From Lepidodermella squamata (taxonomy: Eukaryota; Animalia; Gastrotricha): a DNA stretch of 64,000 bases. The notes beneath the pieces are model-generated. The model was given only the letters and a program-made list of their open reading frames with translations. It had not been told where the DNA came from and did not search any database. Below, in pieces: positions 1 to 11,140 of the stretch. The DNA lies in assembly GCA_047495785.1 (NCBI GenBank), contig JBLDXI010000009.1, positions 558,001 through 622,000 of the forward strand. Reading direction: 5' to 3'. The position numbers were made by a program, and so were the translations under genes. Every line of letters begins with the position of its first letter. The stretch's first letter is position 1.

Positions 1-3000
1 AGCCGATGTGACAAGGACGAGCGCAAACAGTCAAAGGGTGTGTAAAGCTCTTGGTGTTAGAACAGCCTCGCTGTTTATATGATGCGGCCACTAGGTTCTA
101 GCAGCAGCGATGACATCCTAATGACAGATCTATCGCTTTCACACCCGTTCGGCAAATAGTAAATAAATATAGCGATAATTACTATGACCTGTGTGCCACG
201 ATATCACAAAGTGTGAGCATCTTGTCGCCAAAGTGGCCATAGGATACTGCTCCGAGAGGCTGTGGGAACGCCTGCCAGGTGCCACCGAGGGTGCCTGCGC
301 GAGTACGTGCATTTTGGTACGATGACGCTACACTAATAAATTATCAATATCGAAGACGGCGACGATAGCGACGACTGACTGACTGACTGCCTCGACATAG
401 ATACTACGCAGCGCTGCGCCGATGAAGCCTTAGCCGCATCACTAGGCAGTAGAAAAGTCTGCTGAGCATGCAGCTGATTGTTTGTTTGTTGTCCGGCACC
501 GTTTTAATAATATCGTAAAAACTAAAATATAGCCATCGTAATCGCTCCCGCGATATGATAACTCCTTTACGAGTCGCGATCGCGAATACCGCGAGTGGAG
601 ACAGTAATCTACTGTTATTACTAAGCTACTATAGTATAATATAGAGTGGCATTTCGCTACTACACCTCATTTGTTAGGCATATGGCCACGCCGCCGTCAC
701 TTGAAAACAACATACAACACACCTTAGCCAGGCGCGGCTGTCGATGAAGTTTTATTGACTAAGCGGCAGATTAGGCGGTGATTGGTCGCCCGGCGCCGTT
801 GCCATGCGCTCGGCTGTCCAATGCGCGAGCGACTTGCGCCATTTGCAGCTGCGCTTTACCGCGTTATATTCACATCATTGTAAATTCAATAAAATACAAA
901 CCGCGCCGAGTGAGCAAAAATTGCTGCTACTTAATCTTCTGCCGAGCTCGCACCTCGATTCAAGCGAAAAGCTCACTTTTTTAATTAAGGAAACGCGTGC
1001 CTATTAGTTTTAGATATTCAGTTTAATGCGCACTCAATTATGGATAGGTGATTTTTCCCATAAAAGACGGCAGCAAAACATCACATTCTTTGAATTCATC
1101 TGGGAACATGTCACGTGGAGTGTTCTTACAATGCCAAACCTTGTCTGAATTCAGCATTCAAACTAGCTAAGGGCAGATAACTTGAATCGAAATCTGTAAT
1201 GCATAAGTGCCTAAGCTGGGAAAGTCTTAATAAAAATTAGAAGTTGTAGGCCAAGTTGAATAGAAGTAAAATAAGCTAACACTATAATACCCTGTGAGAA
1301 ACAGCGAAAATAAATTACAACTGTTAAGCCCGAGGTATGATGGTTAGTGAAAAATGTAATTTCAGCGCGTGTCCGAATAATTTACGTAAAGGGCTCATTG
1401 CGCCCTGCGCAAATGCTCGGAAATGTTTTACAAATGTGGAAAAGTAGCTAAAAGCTCGCATCCGCATTAAAATGCAGAATTCATAATAGCGAAGGGTTGA
1501 CTGAAGGTGGGCGGCTGTGCATTTGGCCGAACTGGCCAAGTTTCGGTTCGACGATATACGTTGCCCGGGGTAAATATACTACTGGCTAAGCGCCACGAAT
1601 AGTGATGATGATGATGAGCAAAATTTTTAATGGCGAGATCGAATGTCATCGGCTTGGCGCTATGAAATAAATGCAATGCCGAGTATTTATTAGTATTTAA
1701 CCGATGGGCAGCCATCATCGAGCAGCGATAATGTTATAAAAAGCTCAGGCATTACCAATTTCATCAAGGCGAGCTCATCGCTGGGCGGCGACGCGTGTTA
1801 AAAATATTGCCCGTTATTTAGACACAAAATTACAATCGACTGCTGCGCCTTGAATACCAACAGCTAGCTATCTTTGCGAAGCGAAAAGCAACATCGATAC
1901 AGCGAGCAACAATTGTTAATAAAACGTTAATAATGCCATTATTGCAATAACAAATAAACATTTAGCTACTGATCGACGTATCGCCACTGATCACGCCGCC
2001 GCCGTGAGTTTCACGGCGAAGATAGAGGCTTGGCGATATTTATAAAAGGCTTGTTCGCTATCAATCGCCAATTTGCCGACTCATCATTTCATCAACTTCC
2101 CATTTCCGCCTCTATGCCGCGTTTGCTGCCCTACGCTTATCTTGTAAAACGCTACATTGCTTGTAAAAGGAAAGCATTTATGCGAGAAGGGCGCCGTTTC
2201 GACTCGACTAGAAGACTAGAAATCGGCTATCGATTCGTTCAAAAGAATGCATTGAGCAACTTCGTTACTTAGTATACCTCTACGCATAAGTTTACGCAGA
2301 GTAGCAAATAACGAGTACGCGAATCAGTGAATAAATGTGGCGAGTTGTAGTCTATTTATTATTATTATTGTAAAACCGGGTGATGATTAGTGTTATTGGG
2401 CCGCGAGTGATCATCATCATTTGCCGCCGATAGCGCCCGCGAAGCCGCCTAAGAAACTGCAACGATTGAGATAGCGAGGCTGCCCATTTTTACGCGGCAA
2501 CGGGCATTATTGAGCTAAAATAGAGGTGATGCGCCAGCGCTAGCCCGGGTGTTAGCGATGCCGGAGCGCGATTGTAACCGATAGAGCACACAGTCGCTGA
2601 GCGTGCAGAATACAACAAACAACAAAATAAATATAATATGATACCGTTTTCGCGAGGCGGCACACATACGATTATTTCAACATCATCATTATCGTCTTTT
2701 GAACCGGGCATAAAAGATGATCATCATTATAATCATTATCATCGGCATTTCTCACCAGCGCAGAATTTATTAGGCCAATATACTGCTACTACCGTGTGCT
2801 TTGTTAACCGCGATGTATCAATCGCATGCTTCATTATACACGCGCCGTATTATTTTTATTTGGCTGGTCGTGGACGCTTGTATCGGTTTCGTTCAAGCGT
2901 ATAACCGATACAGCAGCGTCTTCTCGCAACCAAATAGATACCACCTATCCTGATTGGGCGCGATGTTATGCCCGTAACGAGTTCATGCCTGCACAGCGGC

Positions 3001-3884
3001 GCCCAGCCACCCGCCGCCTACGCATGATGAAGTTATTTAGTGGGCCAGTTAGTTGTTATTTATAGCCAATAAAGTGAAGCCAAGCTGAGACACCACATTG
3101 CAGCCGAGTAATAGCCTTTAATAAGAACAGATTGCATTTTAGAGGGCACGCATTATACCCTCGATCGTCCTAACTGTATCAATTCCGCACCAGTGAACTG
3201 CGATTATTACTAGCAGGCATTTACTCACATATCGCCTTATCGCACGGGTTGCCTCGCAGCTATCTGAAGTCATCTTGGAAATCACGAGTATACTATAGTT
3301 CAAACTAGCAATGGCCCCATGTCCAGACCAGGAAGATACTGTTGTCTGTTTCCGCGTCAAACACGTTTTCGACCGTGAAATAGCAACAAATTATCAAAAG
3401 TCAGCGAGATTCCCTTTCATCTTTATTATGCAAAAATAACTCCCTCATTGGTCTTACTCGTAAAACAGAATAATCAAGCTTGAAATGACGAAACAAAAAA
3501 CGAGATGGAGATATAAAAGAATATATCTGCATAAGAGGAACAATTCAAACGAAGAAATGTTGGTGTAATTGATTTGAATGTATAACGGGAATAAAAAGAG
3601 AAATGGGAAAGAAATGATTTTGTAAAAGAACATGTCACTCTAAAACTCCGGGAATTCGAACAACTTCGAGTAAAATATAAATAAAAGGAACAATCGCAAC
3701 ATGAAAATAACTTCGAGGCCGTTCAATAAATCGCAAGAAACATGGGCATGAATACGAATGTCATCAATATCGACACTAGAACAAACTTTGGAAATAGTCA
3801 CAAGGCAGACCAAAGAGACAGGCACAGATTGCAACGTATATAACGTTCACGCTAGAATAAAATTGTTAGAAAGCTAAAATCAAA

Positions 3885-4913
3885 CTAATGCGGTGGGTTT
3901 CGAATAAGTATGGGCGCAGGTTGACAAGACACCTTGCTCGTGTTCGTCGATATCACACTGGTAGGCTTCGACAGTCCTGTACTGTTATTGCCCGTATCCG
4001 ACCGCAAACGCTTGCTTGCACTTCCCGAGGAGTGTTGCGACTCACTTTGAAACGAATTCGACGCAACTTTTTCAGCGGCTCGCATTGCAGCAGCCCGAAC
4101 ACTGCGGGGAGGCGAATGAATGTGCTCCGAATCGGAAAAAGACCGCTTTCGAGATTTCAAGGCCCGAAGACGTCCGCCAATAGTCGGTGGCTAATGTTAA
4201 ATACAGTTACAGATTTCAGCTATTCAGAGTAAACTATGGCTTACCGAGTTCACTTGCTCCGCAGAATCGACATCGTTAGCCGTAGCGGGGGCTCTCCGAC
4301 TAGGGTTTTTACTCGCCGCTTTATCAGAGGATGCTTCGGAGGCCTCATGGCTAAACAGTGGTGATAATTCCTCATCTTGGGGAGTTGAACCCGCAGCAGA
4401 ATCAAAACTAGGGGTTGCGGTATTTCCTCTGCGTTTGAGACTCGAAGATGACATTGCCAACTCAGATGGAAGAGGGTATCTCTGAGCAATGACTTCCTCT
4501 AACAACCTCCTGAAAATTAGACGAAAATGTATGATTATTTCTTGAAATGCCATTGGCGCAAACCTGCAAATGACAGTCGTCATGACTGATGTATCAAGCT
4601 GACGACCACAATTCTTCTCAATGTTGGCAAACGCCGGTTCGAAAAATTTGTTCATATACTGCCGAAGTACAGAGTCTACACTGTCGTTTACCATTTGCTG
4701 GACAACCTGTTGCAGGACTTCAAGAGATTTTCGCGCTGATTCCTCTGAAGCGCCAAGCAGACCTCCGCGTTGCAGCTGCGCGTTGTATATTTTTGTGAAA
4801 TTTTTGGTTATCCTTGTGTCGGAATTCGAACTAATCGCAGCAAATGTTCTCAAATTGAGCATATGCTTGTTAAAATGGTCTGGGGCACCGATCTGGTCCG
4901 GGCTGTTGGCCAT
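3885..4913 (-). CDS. DNTTIP1: DNTTIP1-like protein (N-terminal dimerisation/HDAC-binding domain; spliced)
   Basis: SLEVLQQVVQQMVNDSVDSVLRQYMNKFFEPAFANIEKNCG resembles DNTTIP1 SMDLLRAVLQPSINEEIQTVFNKYMKFFQKAALNVRDNVG. In-frame 54-nt GT-AG intron at 4563-4510; second intron ~4244-4191. The 3' end is uncertain. Confidence 0.7.
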
Positions 4914-6399
4914 TTTTAGATGTATAAAATCCCTAGATAAAGGAGGCCGTATCAGTAATTGTGATTCAATTAATGCATCCTAATTGTTGATGTTCAGGCT
5001 GATCTGCAAGAACTTATACGACTCAAGTCCCAAATTACATGCAAGTATTTTCTTGGATACCCTAACACCAGCCAATTTAAGGTCACTTTTCGATTAATTG
5101 AATAGATCTTAAGATTCACATCTCCACCTGAATAAAAAATTTGGCTGTCAAAATGAACAGCTCAGCTCGTCTTACCGCAAACCTAATAATTAAAAAAATC
5201 AGATACATTATTCCCTTGAAGCTCGGGGAACATTGAACAGTAATTTCGAGTGCAGCAATTCACAGCATTGTAATCTTATCCATAAGAGATGGATTGGCGG
5301 ACGGATGGCAAATCCAAGTTGTTTGTCATTGAAATGACGATGACCATTACTCGTGTCACGATAAATTACAAATATGCAAATGAAATTCGAGTGCCTTCAG
5401 ATAGTCAGCCACGGTTATAGTTTGGTACCAATCACCAATGAACTACCGGGGTTAGGGCTTACCCGGCTAATACTCATTAAACTTTCAATTTTATTGCTTT
5501 AACAGTCAATGGCTCACAAACCCCAGAACCCAGAAGAATTCATTGCTAGACCTAGGTAGAATCGTAAATCGTAACTTGAAATACTACTTGGAATACAGCA
5601 AATTCTTCTCTTCAAGGTGTGCCGGAAATCATCCATCATCTGATCGGCGGAAAGGCAATATCTTCTAACCTATTAGCAATTAGCTCAGGTTTTCAAGTTC
5701 ACGTTTCAAGACTAGTAAGCAGTAAACGATAAAGTCAACGCACCTATGTAAGTTAGACCTCGAAACTAAACATTGCACGTATCAGCATTCCTGGACGGAT
5801 CTTAAATTATTTTTTACGGTATTTGCAACTGGACGCGGATCAGTTTAGTAGTACCAACTGTTTCAAGCAAATAAGTTCATTGTTCCATTGCCTCTACATT
5901 CTGCAGCTTATGTCCTATTTCCCCATTAATTTCTTAGGTCTGGACCATGGTAGCTCATGCAGTTATCAGTTATCCAACGAGTGCTATAAATATATGAATC
6001 TGTAGAACCTGTAACCGCAAGCAAAAGGTGTCATTTTTGCAAGAACGACGGTATGGACGGTTGGAGAATGGGATACATGGGGTTCTAAGTTCTCGGTGAA
6101 CGGTGAAAGCTCAATAATGCTGAGAAAAGCAAAATGCGATCATCGATTAACGACTCACGGCCCCTCCTAACGTGAATAAAGAATGTCGGACGCAAACGGA
6201 CAACGGACCGCTATAACGACGCATCCGTCAGATATTGGAGGAACAGGACGCAACCCTGGGATCCCGGGTCCTGGCGTGCCCAGATTTGCCCGATATTATG
6301 CAAATATTGAGACTTTTTTACTGCTGTAAACCATGCAATTTGATATAGGATAGTGGTCAGGATTCGAATTTAATTAATTTTGTAATATATTTTCCTGAG

Positions 6400-7137
6400 G
6401 GTCGCATCGGCTTTTCAGGCGCTAAAAAATTCAAAAACGACTTCAGCCACTGAGCACTGAGCTGGTTCCTGGTTTCGTTCACAGCTGCCTTGCCGTCGAC
6501 TATGGTCTCGGCTGTTCTATTTCCGACTGAAGATAAAGACAGCGTGTTTTCCGAAGAGACGAAGCGTCGATTAAAAACTGTTTTCTTTATCTCCGACGTC
6601 CCACTGCCTGTTACCGCTGAAGACTCGAGCGACAACAAGCTGGCAGTCGTAGTGCGGCGCGTTTTCTCAGTCACGCATGATCCTGCGACTTGCGAGAATG
6701 GGCGCTCAACATGAAACAAAACGTAGCTTAAGCGAATCAAGCCATGGCGTCATGGCAGCCGAACGGTATGGCTTGAATATTATTTAGGCTGTATGCCCTA
6801 TCAAATGCGCCATTTGTCCAATTATCACATTACAGTCTTTACCTTTTACTAGGGTTGGCTCATGGCATCTATTTTCACCACGATGCGCTCGAGTTGCAAA
6901 GCGAAGGCAAGGAAGAGCCGTTCACCTTGCGATCGGTAAGAAACCCTTTGCTTCGTTAAAACTATATAGTATATAAGAGTATGTAAGATAATTACATTAT
7001 TATTGTTGTTAACAGGTGGATGTTGAAGTTGACGCCGAGCTGCTGGTGAACGAGGTCCCTCTAACGTCCTCGTACGTTGACCGGAACCGCGGTGCGGCCT
7101 ATGTTTTTTATTACGTGGCCAACGAGCTGGGTTAGAT
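6400..7137 (+). pseudogene. Possible decayed spliced coding sequence of unknown family
   Basis: Exon-like blocks with good splice signals (acceptor TACTAG ~6851, donor GTAAGA 6935, acceptor TTAACAG ~7015) join in frame (GLAHGIYFHHDALELQSEGKEEPFTLRS|VDVEVDAELL...). The upstream block has in-frame stops. Confidence 0.3.
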
Positions 7138-7845
7138 TCAATGCCCAACCTGCGCCTACTGGTTCTGCTCGACAAAATGCCACTCACAAAACTTCTTTCC
7201 CAAATATAACTATGTCTTGCTCAATTCAGTTGTTCACTCAGGCTGTAGGTACTGTTATACAACGTTATTCTCGCTTCTCTTTCTGAATGTTTCTGAATGT
7301 TTCAAAATCACTTGTGCCGGTTTTATATGGATTGCAATTTATTACATTTTTTACGAATTCGTTCCTAAGTATTCATTTTTGTCTCTAGCTGTACCCTTGG
7401 CATGGCATTTCATCCATGCCAACACTTCTTTCATCATTACATTGATGCAATAAAAACCGTAACGGTACTGTACGCGACTTTTTAGAACGTGAATTTCCGG
7501 CGAGAAACCCCTAAAAAGCTGGCGTGAGCAACGTTTACGTAACGTTACAATTGCTGCAGCCAAACAAGTCCATTTCTTTACAAAATGTTAACAAGCACTT
7601 GATCCGACGTTGGGAGAAAAAGAGGGACCCAATCTCTCGTTCTCTATTCCTTCCGTTTCTTTTTCGGTCTAAAGTGTCCGAAGATGGGGAGCATTTCAAC
7701 CGCGCTAAACAATAACATGCGGGCGCGGGATAGCCCTGAATGAGAGTAAATGTGAGTGACAGTAATCGCTTCAATTAATCGATGCTAATAAAATGGTAGA
7801 AATGCTTAAAAAAGACGCATGTTGGTTGGTATTTCGGCTTTCAGT

Positions 7846-8290
7846 TTTATTAATTGCTCTTTCCTTCACGCTAAACTACAACGCATGTGTAAACACCAGC
7901 AGTGGAATAAAAATCCGCGGCTTCGGCAGCAATCTTCTTGGTACCACGCAGCTTGCCTGTACGGCGGGCAGCGACCTTGCGACCGTGCGAGGCGTCGCGG
8001 CGGACAGTCGAGGGCTTGCCGATGTGCTGATGGTTACCACCACCGAACGGATGGTCGATAGGGTTCATAGCCACACCACGGACACGAGGCCAGCAGTTGC
8101 GCTTAGCCTTGTACTTGTAGTGAGCACGACCGGCCTTCAGGATCGGCTTGTCGATATGACCACCACCAGCGACGACGCAAACCATGGCGCGGTTAGCCGA
8201 GCAGAGCATCTTCTTTGCAACAGAGGGAAGACGCACACGGGTTCGGCCGGTGTCGGCGTTATGCGCAAATCGGTCGATAATGGTGCAGCC
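7846..8290 (-). pseudogene. RPL8: 60S ribosomal protein L8 (uL2) 5'-truncated pseudogene fragment
   Basis: ...[12 protein letters not shown]...[50 protein letters not shown] matches the RPL8 C-half. N-half is absent, the conserved GLI of GRKVGLIAARRTG is deleted, a 3-codon insertion (DRF) is present, it has no introns, and AATAAA lies at 7851-7846. Confidence 0.85.
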
Positions 8291-8399
8291 GGTATCAGTG
8301 CTATATCATTTCATGGCCGCCATTAATCGTCCTCATTTTCCTTTTTCATTTCTTTGTTTTTTAACGTCAGGCTGAACAAAATAATATCCTGTGATATTT

Positions 8400-8731
8400 T
8401 ACTCCCTATAATATTTAGCCTGCGTGATGATCAGGGTGCTGTCAACTGCCCACGTGAACCATGTCTCAGGGGCGTAAAAAGTTGCCTTTCGAGAAAATTC
8501 ACGGTGCACGGGCTGGGAGTCGAACCGAAGACCTCTGTGCAACAGTCGGGAGCTTAACCTGGTCACATTTGAAGCTAACAAAAACTGTTTTTGAAGAGCA
8601 AGTGACCTATTTGTTACAAGCGACACCATAGTTTTAGCTGGAACGTGATAACTGTTTTTTAGCGCGACCTTACACAAGGTCGCTCGCGCGCCAGCATACG
8701 CTTTGATGCAGTGAATACGTACGTGATTCAC
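8400..8731 (-). mobile_element. Possible highly degenerate non-LTR retrotransposon (RTE-like) ORF2 remnant
   Basis: KAYAGARATLCKVALKNSYHVPAKTMVSL...TFYAPETW loosely resembles the RTE post-RT motif (KA..F..L.KVW...ISLKTK...LLYGSETW). Weak. Confidence 0.25.
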
Positions 8732-10703
8732 TAAGCATCTATCTGGCCATCACTGACTATTATTCGTTACTTACTCGATAGCTAATGGAATAATCCTTGG
8801 AGTCGTTAATATTTTGGCAACATTTTCCACATCGCCCATGATCAATGCTAGCGGGTCATTCTCCTGGAGTACCCTATCGATATTTGAGTAATAAACAGTC
8901 ATAAATAGGTTTTCGTACGGCCGTTTTATTTTGTTCAACGAGCTGTCCGATTGCTGCAGAACTATTAACGTAATAATGATTAATAATAACTGCTTTAATA
9001 AGTTTATACATTTAAAAATCAATCAATAGAGTCGGTCTATAATATTCGCGATCGCAATGTAATACAATCTTTCAACATACAGCGAAAAAGTACAAAAGTT
9101 GGATTGACATAATTTGTTTGATGATTTACATAAAATCAAAGCGCGAAAACGGTTCACATTATCATAAAGAGATGACAAAGTCAGATCTGTTATAGCATTT
9201 TTTCGTGACCAGATTGTTTGATAACCACACTATGCCCGCGCTGACAGGCAAAACAGTGAGAGCATTCAAAAAATAATAATAGCAAATATCAACATATAGG
9301 TACTAGACGACAATGAAGCCAGTGACACCCAGCGACGATCCTCCACGTCAGATCCCGCAGATCGGCCAAGAAGCATAGTCAAACCACAGTTTTGACGCTG
9401 ATTTCGCAGTCAATGTAGCTTATTCAGCACATACACGCAGGCAATCGTGTGTTTTTTGGTGGGTTAGAAAGTTTTCATAGCGACAATGCACAGTCATTAT
9501 TTTTACATTTAAGGCCACGACAACGCAAGGTAACTGAGAGGCGAGACCCGTTGTTCATTAAGGCCGCGACGCGCTTTCGTTTAAAAATCAAACATTACGG
9601 TACGCAAGAGACTAAGTAGTAGTAACTAAGATGTACCGAGCGAAGCCCAAATTAAACATCGACTAAAATCGGCTGAATTATACTGATATTATCTGGCTAG
9701 TGAAGCTTATTCATTATCGTATACCAAAGCAAGTATTTTCAGAATTACTGACGCTGAGTTTGACAGCCCTCGGACATTCATTTTGACAACACATCACAGG
9801 AGTAAAAAATGTTATAGTAACCTCATGTAGAATAGCTGCTGTCGATACTTGATAAGATGGCGGCGTAAAAATAAGCACAACCCACGACACGATAGAACGA
9901 TGATTAGTGTAGTATGAAATAAAGAAAATTGTCAAGAACAGACACCAGGATGTCGTAAAAGCCGATTTCTCTTCTTCGCGAGATGCCAGACTATCGATGA
10001 GATTGATGTAATCAATATAAGGTGAAGAAATATAAAATAAAATGCACCAATCGTTGCATCAAGCGGCAACAAAATAAGTCGAGATCGACGTGGGACATGG
10101 CACAATGCTTTCTAGAAGAGATGACGAGAAATTTTTTGAAATATCTGACTAGCTAAACTCTGAAGGTAGTCGTGCAGCTGGTTATTATGTATATACTCGA
10201 GCAGAAATGATTCGAGAATGAAATTTAGCACGATTTACAATGGCAGCTCATCCACTTTCCTCGCCGGCTTTCGATCAGGCCAATTGTTTCAATTTGATGA
10301 TGTGCGAAAGATGAGCTTCAAGCTCGCTATGAGAAAGCTTGCAACTATAATGTGTATAACAACTAACGTCGAGTGTTCACACGAGAAAAAAAACTATGCA
10401 GTAAAATCAACTTGAACAAATTTTGCATAATTGCTTCGGCAATGAATAAGCATTTACAAATGATGGAACAAGAAAAATAATATTTACAAAAAAAATCACA
10501 AGACAATCAGACATCACATGCGTATAAGGAACATGAAGCTTCGCGATGGCACAAACTGTGATCTAAAACGTACAAAATTGCACGATCAGGTATTGCTCAA
10601 AAAGTAACTAATTATGTAATATAGGAATTTCGCTCTACGACATCACTCGATTACAGATTTACTCGATGCTGGCACAAGAAATGTATGTGAAGGTAGGATC
10701 GAT

Positions 10704-10726
10704 AGAGAGAGAGAGAGAGAGAGAGA
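10704..10726 (+). repeat. (AG)n microsatellite in the syntaxin 3' region
   Basis: About 11 uninterrupted AG units. Confidence 0.9.
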
Positions 10727-11062
10727 TGAAAGTGAGAAAAGAGATCGACTGAATTTTCGAGACCTGAAATAGTCATTTCCCGAAGTTGATTCGATGTAAA
10801 TATCATGTAAATGGTTCATAATATGATGCGAGTGAGTGGTATAGGCTCGAAGCACATAAGCGAACCAACTCGATAACAGGCGAACATTGAATGCAATGGC
10901 GCTTGAAAAATAAAACAGACTAGAAAATACGCAGTCTAACATCCACGAACAGAATAAAGAATTCTCGTAAGCAGCCGATTGCGCTCGGGCTGATAACATT
11001 GTCATCAAGACGAATAGCATGGCATTAGCTCTGGCAGTTGATGTGAAGGGAAGATGAGACGA

Positions 11063-11140
11063 CTACAAGAAAAATCCGCCGAGAACACCGCAGAGGACCA
11101 GGATGAGGACAGCAACACAGATCATGATCATAATCTTTTT
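11063..11140 (-). CDS. STX1: STX1 terminal exon 6c: canonical short TM anchor
   Basis: TTACAG|[25 protein letters not shown]. Confidence 0.9.
   Translation of the reverse strand, partial: KKIMIMICVAVLILVLCGVLGGFFL

Noticed and set aside
7793-8326. 177-aa + strand ORF
   Set aside because: Antisense shadow of the codon-biased RPL8 fragment.
8771-9022. LIMGD motif suggesting a LINE endonuclease
   Set aside because: Single short motif, in the absence of other APE motifs.
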